Shown in pieces: positions 9,755 through 18,551 of a DNA stretch of 64,000 nt. A program made the translations under genes and the position numbers. Positions within the stretch are counted from its first letter, which is position 1. Every line of letters starts with the position of its first letter. A model generated the notes under the pieces. The model saw nothing but the letters and a program-made list of their open reading frames with translations. It did no database searches and had not been told where the DNA came from. The stretch comes from Tunicatimonas sp. (lineage in GTDB: Bacteria > Bacteroidota > Bacteroidia > Cytophagales > Cyclobacteriaceae): the NCBI GenBank assembly GCA_049650865.1, contig JBASAY010000211.1, positions 43,095 through 107,094 of the forward strand, read 5' to 3'.

Positions 9755-10528
9755 TTACCACAGCAAGCCCAACTGGAAAGCGAAGAACAGCAAGATCATC
9801 AAACCAGCTACCGCCTTATTATCGCTCCGCATCGGAAGCAGCGCAAAGATAGCGCAGAGAATCAGAATCCAGGTGATGAAAAACCGATAGCCCTGGTACA
9901 CACCGTAGGCAGGTTTCACCCAGTACGTTCCCTGATCCCCAAACTCCGCCCGCAACAAAATGCCCAGTCCGGGCGTGGTTATCAAGGTAGCGCGATCGCC
10001 CGGCTTTACCCGAGTGATGTTTTCGTACTTAGCCGTCAGCATCCTCTGCCGAAAGAACACCTTATTGTACATACCAGTCATGGCCGCATGTCCGTAGGAT
10101 ATGGATACAACCTCATCGGGAGTTGCGCGGGGCGGCAATTGGTAGTCAACCATAAATACAAGTTGGGTAAGGGCTACCAGCGATACAATAACTACCAAAA
10201 TACGATTTACCTTGACGGTAGCTACTATCCGCCGACGCAGCATTTCTTCGGCTTCCTGCTGGGCAAACTGGCGGGCAGCGGCGCGACGGCGCTCTTGCTC
10301 TTGGGCGAAGGGGTCCGGTTGGTGGGCCGTAAAACTGCCGGTGGAAGGGGCATTAGGATCGGTTAGGTACTGATACGCCTCGGTAACCTCGATAAATCGG
10401 TCGTGGGCCGCCGGGTCGGGCGAGCGGTCGGGATGGTAGCGCTTTGCCAAACGGCGGTAGGCGCGCTTAATCTCTCGCGCACTAGCGGTTGCGGGCAGGT
10501 TGAGCACGCGCAGGTAGTGTTCTTTCAC
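9755..10528 (-). CDS. J-domain (DnaJ-like) membrane protein
   Basis: 257 aa. N-terminal J domain with the HPD motif (YRRLAKRYHPDRS). Hydrophobic helices later in the protein (ILVVIVSLVALTQLVFMV, FFITWILILCAIFALL, AGLMILLFFAFQLGLLW). Confidence 0.85.
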   Translation of the reverse strand: MKEHYLRVLNLPATASAREIKRAYRRLAKRYHPDRSPDPAAHDRFIEVTEAYQYLTDPNAPSTGSFTAHQPDPFAQEQERRRAAARQFAQQEAEEMLRRRIVATVKVNRILVVIVSLVALTQLVFMVDYQLPPRATPDEVVSISYGHAAMTGMYNKVFFRQRMLTAKYENITRVKPGDRATLITTPGLGILLRAEFGDQGTYWVKPAYGVYQGYRFFITWILILCAIFALLPMRSDNKAVAGLMILLFFAFQLGLLW

Positions 10529-10590
10529 TGGGCGAACAAAATTTCTTTATATTGCGTCTAAGCAAGAAACACCATTAACTCCAGAAAACC

Positions 10591-11766
10591 ATGAATGCAT
10601 ACATTGTGGGCGGATTGCGTACCGCCGTAGGAAAAGCTAAAAAAGGGGGATTCCGGTTCACCCGTCCCGACGACTTGGCCGTAGAAGTGATTCAGCACCT
10701 TACCAAAACTGTGGAAGGGCTCACTCCCGAATTAATTGACGATATGATTGTGGGCAACGCGGTGCCCGAAGCAGAGCAAGGCATGCAGATGGGCCGCATG
10801 ATCTCGCTGATGGCCCTGGGCAAAGAAGTGCCCGGCATGATTGTGAACCGCTACTGCGGCTCGGGCGTAGAGGCGATCAATATCGCTTCGGCACGAATCC
10901 ACGCGGGCATGGCCGACTGCATTATTGCCGGAGGTACCGAGTCGATGTCGATGGTGCCCATGATGGGCCACAAAACCGCGCTCAACTTCGAAGTGGCCAA
11001 GCAGCACCCTGAGTACTACACCAGCATGGGCCTGACCGCCGAAGAAGTAGCCAAAGACTACGACGTCTCACGCGAAGATATGGACGCTTTCGCTCTGCGC
11101 TCGAACCAGCGGGCGGTAGAAGCGATTAAAGAAGGCCGGTTCAAAGACGAAATTGTCCCGATCACCGTCAACGAAACCTACGTGGATGAGGAAGGTCGGC
11201 AGCAGGAGCGTGAGTTTGTAGTAGATACCGACGAAGGCCCCCGTGCCGATACCAGTATGGAAGCCCTGGCCAAGCTGCGCCCGGTATTTCGGCAGGGAGG
11301 CAAAGTGACCGCCGGTAACTCCTCGCAAACCTCCGATGGGGCCGCCTTCGTGCTGGTGATGTCGGAGAAACTAATGAAGCAGCTAAACGTGCAACCGCAA
11401 GCGCGCATGATGAGCTACGCGGTGGCCGGGGTAGATCCCCGCATTATGGGCATCGGTCCGGTAAAGGCTATCCCGAAGGCACTGGAACTGGCCGGACTGA
11501 AGCTCGCTGACATTGACCAGATTGAACTGAACGAAGCCTTCGCTGCCCAGGCGCTAGCGGTAGGCCGAACCTTAGACATTGATATGGACAAGCTAAATGT
11601 AAACGGCGGAGCCATCGCGCTGGGGCACCCTTTAGGTTGCAGTGGTGCCAAGCTAACCATCCAACTCATCAACGAAATGCGCCGCCGCGAGCAGAAGTAC
11701 GGGATGGTAACCGCCTGCGTGGGCGGCGGTCAGGGGGTGGCCGGAGTATTTGAGTTTTTGAATTAA
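10591..11766 (+). CDS. Acetyl-CoA C-acyltransferase (thiolase)
   Basis: 391 aa. Active-site Cys context [11 protein letters not shown], and C-terminal [18 protein letters not shown] and CVGGGQG. Confidence 0.95.
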   Translation: MNAYIVGGLRTAVGKAKKGGFRFTRPDDLAVEVIQHLTKTVEGLTPELIDDMIVGNAVPEAEQGMQMGRMISLMALGKEVPGMIVNRYCGSGVEAINIASARIHAGMADCIIAGGTESMSMVPMMGHKTALNFEVAKQHPEYYTSMGLTAEEVAKDYDVSREDMDAFALRSNQRAVEAIKEGRFKDEIVPITVNETYVDEEGRQQEREFVVDTDEGPRADTSMEALAKLRPVFRQGGKVTAGNSSQTSDGAAFVLVMSEKLMKQLNVQPQARMMSYAVAGVDPRIMGIGPVKAIPKALELAGLKLADIDQIELNEAFAAQALAVGRTLDIDMDKLNVNGGAIALGHPLGCSGAKLTIQLINEMRRREQKYGMVTACVGGGQGVAGVFEFLN

Positions 11767-11802
11767 GACAATTAGGAAGATTTTGTTAGACAATGAATGA
11801 AG

Positions 11803-11833
11803 CGGCAAAGCTACCAAAGGCTTTGCCGTTTTT
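11803..11833 (+). terminator. Putative rho-independent terminator after the thiolase gene
   Basis: 9-bp stem cggcaaagc / gctttgccg with an 8-nt loop, followed by TTTTT. Confidence 0.6.
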
Positions 11834-11900
11834 CGTTTTGTCCCGATATAGTAAGCATTCAAATAAGGGTTAAAAGGGCATCTAGTAAACTGACACGCTG

Positions 11901-12089
11901 TTACTTGGAGGTAGGAGCAGATGATAGTTTAGCGTATTCCCGTCTTTTGATCCGCCCTTTGTCAACCGCCTCCTGTAAGCCTTTGAATATTTCATCCATA
12001 GTCTGAACGTAGTCTTCCTCATCTTCGAAAAAACCCTCCTTAATTAGGATGGGGTCAACGTATTCCTCGGTTCTTTTCGTAGTACTCAT
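11901..12089 (-). CDS. Small acidic hypothetical protein (62 aa)
   Basis: ORF only, in an otherwise non-coding stretch and with no recognised motif. See the finding on a possible toxin-antitoxin remnant. Confidence 0.3.
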   Translation of the reverse strand: MSTTKRTEEYVDPILIKEGFFEDEEDYVQTMDEIFKGLQEAVDKGRIKRREYAKLSSAPTSK

Positions 12090-12371
12090 AAAATGTTATC
12101 CAGTTTCTGCGAGTGCATCGGTAAGGAGATAGCAAATACAACCGATCCTGTTCCAGTTTGAAAAACGTATTGTACACTTTAGCGAGACTTTGTTGATCTG
12201 ATTAACCCGGCCTATTTCTTCGTACTCCAAGCGATAGAGAATCTAGTTTGGTTTAATTAGCAATGGTAAAGAACAACATTCTAGGGCATTGTGAAAAATA
12301 TTACTAGCCATAGCTTATTTTCTAAATCTCCGTATTCCTGTTACCTTTAGCGGAAGTTTAGTCTCCGCAGT

Positions 12372-15300
12372 ATGCCCAAAGTCCTCACCTACCATAACCT
12401 TACCCACGGCGAACACTGGTTTCCGGCCGACCCCTACGGCAAACGACAAATCGACGCCATCAGCGACCCCGAGGGGGGCAACACCGAGCAGCCTCCTACT
12501 TCTATTCCGAGTCCGTTTGCGCGTATCGACCTGGTGCGCACCGCCTTTAAGAACATTGTGAAAGACCGTAAACTGCTGGGCAATAAAGTCGACCGGAAGT
12601 TAGTAGCCGAGTGCTTCGATGTAGGCGAAGTGTTTTTTAACGTAGAGTACCTTCAGGAAAAGACCCAGATCATCACCTGGGACCGTCGGCGCGATCTGGA
12701 GGCGTTGCTTACTTCGGCCAATCCCCAGCACCGTCGCCTGGGGGAGGTGCTTCAGCTGTACCTAGAACAGGATGCCGCTACCTACAACTTCGATCAGATC
12801 GACCGGCTGCATATCGTGCAGTATAACTACAAGGTAATCGGGGGAACCTCACCGGCCACCCTGTTCTTCTCCGCGCCCAATGATCTGTCCTTCGTGGATA
12901 TTCCGATGGAACGCAATCGCTTGTTTAGCAACGACTACCCGCCCCTGTACGCCCGCAGCGCCAGCTACCAGAAGTACTGGTACGGCTTGCTTCGGTTCTT
13001 TCAGTCGGCAGGCGGCACCGTGCCAGACTTTCGGGCTTGCTTTAGTGAGGTAGCCGAGTACCTGGATGCGAACCTCGAAATCTTACGCACCGAGCAACCG
13101 GTGCTCTACGAAGAAATCAACCAATTTACCCTAACCGATTTCTACGACCACTACGCCGAATTAGACACCGGCCAGTCGGGAGACTTGGTAAAGCTACTCG
13201 GTTACCCCTTGCGCAAGAAGAAGATCGACGTGGGTTCGGTAGCTACCTCGAGCGACTTCGTGATCCAATCTTCTAAATACCAAGGGAACACTCCCCCCCT
13301 GGTGCTGCAAAACCAGCTGAACAAACCCTACCGCTACGTAAACGATACCTGGGACAGTCACGTGGCGGTTCCCTACTGGGTAGATACACCGTTGGAAGAG
13401 CGAAAGTTGCCCGGCCAAGTGATATCGTACCCCTATCTGACGGTGAGCGACTTTCTGGAGCCGTATCTCATTCGGTTGGTGTACCCGGTAAACGAGCAGA
13501 AATTCTTCGACGGCAACGTAGGGCGAACCAAAGAGCAGAAGGGGTTCATCCTGCCCATAAAGCCTGCCTTCTTCGACTACTTCGACGTGGCGGATTTGCG
13601 GGGAAGCGTGCCCGGAGGCAAAAAGTTTTTCGAGATGGAGCCCCGGGCGGCCGGAGGGGTACGGGTAACGCTGCGCGTTCCGGTAAAGCAGGACTATATC
13701 ACGCTAGAGCGCATCTACCTCTCCTCTATCAGCGAGGGCGACGGTCTAACGCCCGACGAAGAAAATAACAAGGGAGTAGTGATTGACAGTCAGTTCGGTG
13801 TAACCCTCTATCCGTTTATCAAGATGCGCGGCAAGGCCGACCCGGCCCACTACCGGGTGCAACTCATCGACCGCGACGTAAGTCCCTACAACAAGCACCA
13901 CCGCTACCAACTGCGGTTCTTCCAGAACCAGGACAATCAGGAGGTCAAGATAGAAGCGCAGCAGCAGCGCAGTAACAAGCAGCTGGACGACCGGGCTACC
14001 TCGCAGTACTATGTGCTTGAGGATGAATTTGACTACATCCAGGTGCAGAATCAGGTGGCCCAGGGAATTATTATCCCGAAGTTCCCGGAGTACCACCGCG
14101 GCAACGATGCCTTTAGCTTCGCTATCGACTTTGGCACCACCAATACCCACGTGGAGTACCAGGTGAACGACCGCGACCCGCGCCCCTTCGACATCACCGA
14201 TGACGACGTGCAGATTGCTACGCTGCACGACCCTGAGTTTGCTGACGCCAGCGCCGACTTCGGGGGCAGCGGAGCCACCCTGATTCGGGATCTGATCCCG
14301 CAGGAGTTTCTGCCGCGTTACCTGGGACCGGGCTACGAGCACTACTTTCCGCAGCGCACCGTGCTGGGCGAAAGCAAGAACCTGGACCTGGAGCAGACTA
14401 CCTACGCCCTGGCGGACTTCAACATTCCTTTCGCTTACGGTAAGCGTCCCATCAACGGCAACGTGCGCATCAGCAGCGACCTGAAGTGGTCGAACTACAC
14501 CAAGAATACCGACGATCGGCGCCGGGTGGAAGCGTTCTTTGAGAACCTGCTGCTGCTCATTCGTAATAAGGTGCTGCTCAACCGGGGCAACTTAGCGAAG
14601 ACGCGCATTATTTGGTTTTACCCGTCGAGCATGCTGCCCAACCGGCGTAGCAGCCTGGAGAGCACCTGGACCAAACTGGTGCACCGCTACATTACCCCCG
14701 AGCGCGATCCGATTAAACTATCCGAGAGCATCGCTCCCTTCTACTTCTACAAAAACAAGATGGGGCGTAGCGCCGCCGACAAACCCGCCGTGGGCATCGA
14801 CATCGGGGGGGGCACCACCGATATCGTGGTGTTCCAGAACAACCAGCCCGTGCTGCTCACGTCGTTTCGCTTTGCGGCCAACGCCCTGTTCGGCGACGGC
14901 TTTAATGGTTCGGTGATCACCAACGGATTCGTAAGGCGCTATGCCGATCTCATCGACAAAACCCTCACGATCGTTGACCCCAATACCGCCGACTACCTGC
15001 GCGAGAACTCGCGGGAGATGATCAGCTTCCTGTTTGAACTAGAGAACAACGATCGCTACGCCAAACTGCTGCCTATTTCCTTTAGCAGCTTACTGAAGGA
15101 AGATGAAGATCTGAAAATTTTGTTTGTGGTGTTCTACGGTGCTATCATCTATCACCTGGCGCAACTGATGAAGGCGGCCAACCTGGCAATGCCCCGCAAC
15201 ATTTTGTTCAGCGGACGCGGTTCTAAGGTGATCAACATTACCGACAGCAACCTACGACTGGATAGCTTGACGGTGCTCACGCAGAAAATCTTCGAGAAAG

Positions 15301-15788
15301 TATTTCAGCAAAGCGCCTCGCAAATTGAACTGGTTCAGTACGAACGGCCAAAGGAGATTACCTGCAAGGGTGGGCTGCTGAGCGAGAATCCGGTAGATAT
15401 CGATGATATCAAAAAGGTGCTACTCGGGGCCGGACAACAGTTTGTTATTCCTGAGAAGGCCATCAAGTACCCGGACATCGACGACCGGACGCTTACTCGG
15501 GTAGTAAATGAGGTAGATCAGTTTCTTAAGTTACTGTTTGAAGTGCACGACGAGTACAACTTCTCGCACCATTTCGGGGTGAACCCTACTTACTTAAATC
15601 GCTATCGAGCCTGGCTAACGACTGATTTGATGGAGTACCTAAAATCCGGACACCAGATGAAACTCGATGAGCTAGCCGGTAATCAGAACGTAAACGTAGA
15701 GGAAACCCTGTTCTTCTATCCTTTGGTGGGGGGGCTCAACCGCTTAGCCTACAAGATTGCCACCGAGCTCAGCGAGGTAGAACAGTGA
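12372..15788 (+). CDS. Giant Hsp70/actin-fold (ASKHA) ATPase-domain protein with an uncharacterised ~580-aa N-terminal region
   Basis: 1138 aa with no signal peptide or TM. Phosphate-1 motif AIDFGTTNTHVEY (nt 14121-14159). Phosphate-2 motif VGIDIGGGTTDIVVF (nt 14790-14834). Adenosine-type motif ILFSGRGSKV (nt 15201-15230). Confidence 0.9.
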   Translation: MPKVLTYHNLTHGEHWFPADPYGKRQIDAISDPEGGNTEQPPTSIPSPFARIDLVRTAFKNIVKDRKLLGNKVDRKLVAECFDVGEVFFNVEYLQEKTQIITWDRRRDLEALLTSANPQHRRLGEVLQLYLEQDAATYNFDQIDRLHIVQYNYKVIGGTSPATLFFSAPNDLSFVDIPMERNRLFSNDYPPLYARSASYQKYWYGLLRFFQSAGGTVPDFRACFSEVAEYLDANLEILRTEQPVLYEEINQFTLTDFYDHYAELDTGQSGDLVKLLGYPLRKKKIDVGSVATSSDFVIQSSKYQGNTPPLVLQNQLNKPYRYVNDTWDSHVAVPYWVDTPLEERKLPGQVISYPYLTVSDFLEPYLIRLVYPVNEQKFFDGNVGRTKEQKGFILPIKPAFFDYFDVADLRGSVPGGKKFFEMEPRAAGGVRVTLRVPVKQDYITLERIYLSSISEGDGLTPDEENNKGVVIDSQFGVTLYPFIKMRGKADPAHYRVQLIDRDVSPYNKHHRYQLRFFQNQDNQEVKIEAQQQRSNKQLDDRATSQYYVLEDEFDYIQVQNQVAQGIIIPKFPEYHRGNDAFSFAIDFGTTNTHVEYQVNDRDPRPFDITDDDVQIATLHDPEFADASADFGGSGATLIRDLIPQEFLPRYLGPGYEHYFPQRTVLGESKNLDLEQTTYALADFNIPFAYGKRPINGNVRISSDLKWSNYTKNTDDRRRVEAFFENLLLLIRNKVLLNRGNLAKTRIIWFYPSSMLPNRRSSLESTWTKLVHRYITPERDPIKLSESIAPFYFYKNKMGRSAADKPAVGIDIGGGTTDIVVFQNNQPVLLTSFRFAANALFGDGFNGSVITNGFVRRYADLIDKTLTIVDPNTADYLRENSREMISFLFELENNDRYAKLLPISFSSLLKEDEDLKILFVVFYGAIIYHLAQLMKAANLAMPRNILFSGRGSKVINITDSNLRLDSLTVLTQKIFEKVFQQSASQIELVQYERPKEITCKGGLLSENPVDIDDIKKVLLGAGQQFVIPEKAIKYPDIDDRTLTRVVNEVDQFLKLLFEVHDEYNFSHHFGVNPTYLNRYRAWLTTDLMEYLKSGHQMKLDELAGNQNVNVEETLFFYPLVGGLNRLAYKIATELSEVEQ

Positions 15789-15836
15789 TAAGGTAATACC
15801 TATTGATCAGCCGCCAACATCCAACCCAAGCAATCC

Positions 15837-17090
15837 ATGCGCTATCTTAAATTCCCGCTACTGTTCGTGATCTTGCTAGCGAGCAGCTCGTTTCAGGCGG
15901 GCGTAATCCGCGAAGACTTTGCCCGATGGGTAGACTACGCCGCCTGGCGGGTGGTGGATGCGTACATGCAAGACTACGTGCGGCTGCGCCCCGACATGAC
16001 CGCCGAAAAGGAAGGGTATCGATTGTTCCAAGAAACCTACAACGCAGAAAATTATAGTCTATCAAATCCCCCCCCTAGCGAAGCGGTGCGCCTGTTTCTG
16101 GTCAGCCACGACTGGCGCGGAACCGCGCTCAACCTGTACGACCCGTTGGTTGAAACCAAAGAAGCGTACCAGAATGAGTGGAGCGCAGCACAAGCTGCTG
16201 AGGTATTGCAAGAACGCATTGCGGCGGTAAGCCCCGAAGCGCTGGGAGCCCAAAGCGACGCCGACTACACCACCCTATCCACCACGAAAGAACAGCTGAC
16301 TACGGAGATTACGTCCGGCCTCGGGCAGTCCGAAGCAACCGCGGATACCGCTACCGGAGCAAACGCTGCCGAAGTCGACGCTACGGCTCTACAGGAAGAC
16401 AACACCCGTGGATTTGCGCTGCCTACGGCTTCCAATAGTCAGGGCGCCACCAATGGCGGGATGTTTAGCTACGCTATCAACCCGATCTCACTGGGAGCGG
16501 CGGTTGTGCTGTTACTCCTGCTGCTTTACTTGTTTAAGATTATTAGGGGGTTAGACCAGCGGGTAGACCAGCACAGCAAGCGCATTGAAGACCTTACCTC
16601 TCGCCTGCTCATGAGAAAGGACCCGGTATCGGCTGAGGAAGCGAAGCAGCTAAAGTCTAGGATTGCTAGTTTAGAGGAGCAACTGAAGAAGTTAACTGCT
16701 GTTCCACCGCCGCCCGCAAGACGCAGCCCCCCTCCTACCCCCCCTGCCCCCAAGGCAAAGGAGTACTACCTGTCCACTCCCAACCAAGACGGTACCTTTA
16801 ACGCTAGCTCGATGTCAGAGCAGTTTCGTCCGTCAGCCTCGGTGTACAAATTTATGGTTACGCAAAAAGATGGAGCTCACTGGGCGGAGTTTAGCGTAGC
16901 CGATGATTCGGAAGCGATGAAGGATGCACTGAGTTCACCTAATAGCTACTTGGCGCCCGTGTGTGAGAGCGAGAATGCCTACTCGCCGGGCGCTAAGCGT
17001 ATCGTAAACGTCCGCCCGGGGCGGGCGGTGCGGCAGGGCGATAAGTGGATAGTGAAATCCGAGCAGAAAGCCCGCATCCGGTATGAGTAG
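15837..17090 (+). CDS. Bitopic membrane protein: periplasmic N-domain, TM, coiled coil, Pro-rich linker, C-terminal globular domain
   Basis: 417 aa. Signal-like N-terminus MRYLKFPLLFVILLASSSFQA. T/A/S-rich spacer. TM ISLGAAVVLLLLLLYLFKII followed by basic residues. Heptad region (AEEAKQLKSRIASLEEQLKKL). PPPPARRSPPPTPPAP. A ~105-aa C-terminal domain. Confidence 0.8.
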   Translation: MRYLKFPLLFVILLASSSFQAGVIREDFARWVDYAAWRVVDAYMQDYVRLRPDMTAEKEGYRLFQETYNAENYSLSNPPPSEAVRLFLVSHDWRGTALNLYDPLVETKEAYQNEWSAAQAAEVLQERIAAVSPEALGAQSDADYTTLSTTKEQLTTEITSGLGQSEATADTATGANAAEVDATALQEDNTRGFALPTASNSQGATNGGMFSYAINPISLGAAVVLLLLLLYLFKIIRGLDQRVDQHSKRIEDLTSRLLMRKDPVSAEEAKQLKSRIASLEEQLKKLTAVPPPPARRSPPPTPPAPKAKEYYLSTPNQDGTFNASSMSEQFRPSASVYKFMVTQKDGAHWAEFSVADDSEAMKDALSSPNSYLAPVCESENAYSPGAKRIVNVRPGRAVRQGDKWIVKSEQKARIRYE

Positions 17091-18528
17091 CGTAGAGACG
17101 TTTGCGGTGGTGTGCCTGGGGGCAGCCTGGCTGGCCCAAGCGTGGTACGTTCGCCGCTTGCTAGAGCAGTTGCGCCGGTTGCGGCAGAGTGTTCCCCGCC
17201 CCGAACAACTGAGCGTGCGCCCCGTGCTCATTCCTACGGCCGCGCTAGCGCAGACCCCAGCCGAAGAATTGGCCCAACAGTACGGTACCCAACCCCCTGC
17301 CCCGCCCGCCGCTACGCCAACCATTAAAGTGTCGCTGCTGCACACCGAAACCCCGGCCGCTTCAGAACACACGCTAACCACCGCTCTCAACGGTTACTTC
17401 ATTCGTAGTCGGGGAGCGGTGGTGGACTTTACCCTGGTTCAAAATTTAACCGAGCGGCACATTCAGGTGAGTCAGCAAGACCTACGACTACAGGCGGGGT
17501 TTCCCTTGCTCATTGGGCTCGTCGCGGTGCTACTGGCGAGTACGGTGGGTCTGCTGTTTTTACCCAACCTGCCCGCGGCCCTCATCGACCGGATTGCTTT
17601 GGCCAGCACGGCCGCCCTATTTTTTAGCGGAGTGAAGTGGACGGCCGGGGCGGTACTCACCGGGGCGCTTATTACGATGATAACCCTGGGTTGGGCGTAT
17701 CCCCGCACCCGGGGCGAAGTGCTACGGCGCAAGAATAAGTTGCTTAGCCTCGTGCAGATCGAGCTACTACCTACCCTGTTTCAGGACGCCACCCACAGTT
17801 TGCAGCTACTGCAGACCAGCATTACGAGCTTCCAGCACGGTTTTGCCGATAGCATTGCGTCGCTACAGGAGATGGTTAGCCGCAACTTTGATACGTTGAA
17901 GGCGCAGGAGCGTATTGCTGAGGCGCTGCAGAAAGTAGACGTGATGAAGCTGACCAACGCCACCGTAGATATGTTCGAGACGCTCGACCGAAGCGGTAGC
18001 GAACTGAAAAAGTTTCGCGACTACCTGTCTGAAATGAACCACCTGGTGGCCAGCACTACCGCCCTTAACGAAAAGGTGAACCAATTTCTTTACCGTACCG
18101 ACCATTTGGAAACCATTGCCGAGAAGGTGAAGGGAACCCTAGACCAGAACGATCGCCTGCACCACTTTATCGCTTCGCACTTTTCGGAACTGGAAAGCCG
18201 GGGGCACTTGATACAGCAAGCGGTAGTGAAAGTAGACGATGTACTAGACAAAAGCCTGGGCGAACTGATGGAACACACCCAACACAAGATTCGGGCGATC
18301 CGCGACTTGTCGGCGCAGGAAGAAAATCAACTGCTCAAAACCTACGAAGAAAATAAGCACGTATTTGGCAAGCTAGCCCGCATTGATGACCTACACCAGA
18401 ACTTTACTGCGTATAAGAGCCAGAATCTGGAAACCCAGCGGCAGATGCTGGAACAACTTCAAATCCTTACAGAACATCTGACTAAAGCTGGCGGCGGCGG
18501 ATTCCTCAAAAAATTATTTGGTTCGTAA
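17083..18528 (+). CDS. Polytopic membrane protein with a long C-terminal coiled-coil tail
   Basis: 481 aa. The start overlaps the upstream stop by 8 nt (ATGAGTAG). TM1 FAVVCLGAAWLAQAWYV followed by RRLLEQLRRLR. Pro-rich QPPAPPAATP. TMs FPLLIGLVAVLLASTVGLLFL and ALFFSGVKWTAGAVLTGALITMITLGWAY. About 260 aa of helical, heptad-like sequence. Confidence 0.8.
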   Translation: MSSVETFAVVCLGAAWLAQAWYVRRLLEQLRRLRQSVPRPEQLSVRPVLIPTAALAQTPAEELAQQYGTQPPAPPAATPTIKVSLLHTETPAASEHTLTTALNGYFIRSRGAVVDFTLVQNLTERHIQVSQQDLRLQAGFPLLIGLVAVLLASTVGLLFLPNLPAALIDRIALASTAALFFSGVKWTAGAVLTGALITMITLGWAYPRTRGEVLRRKNKLLSLVQIELLPTLFQDATHSLQLLQTSITSFQHGFADSIASLQEMVSRNFDTLKAQERIAEALQKVDVMKLTNATVDMFETLDRSGSELKKFRDYLSEMNHLVASTTALNEKVNQFLYRTDHLETIAEKVKGTLDQNDRLHHFIASHFSELESRGHLIQQAVVKVDDVLDKSLGELMEHTQHKIRAIRDLSAQEENQLLKTYEENKHVFGKLARIDDLHQNFTAYKSQNLETQRQMLEQLQILTEHLTKAGGGGFLKKLFGS

Positions 18529-18551
18529 GCGAATTTGGTTAATGTTGCGTT

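Noticed and set aside
14805-14812. A G8 homopolymer inside the phosphate-2 motif (GGG codons) of the giant ASKHA protein, considered as a possible slipped-strand phase-variation switch.
   Set aside because: An identical G8 run encoding Gly-Gly occurs in housekeeping cysN (46522-46529). The tract therefore reflects local Gly codon choice rather than a dedicated contingency locus. It could still be checked in population sequencing data.
17083-18528. Calling ORF C a MotA/ExbB/TolQ or ZorA-like stator, and the cluster a Zorya-like defence system.
   Set aside because: Only the predicted topology and the long tail are reminiscent. I see no conserved stator motifs. There is no MotB/ExbD/ZorB-type partner with an N-terminal TM Asp and a peptidoglycan-binding domain, and no ZorC/ZorD-like genes. 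I kept this only as a hypothesis to test.
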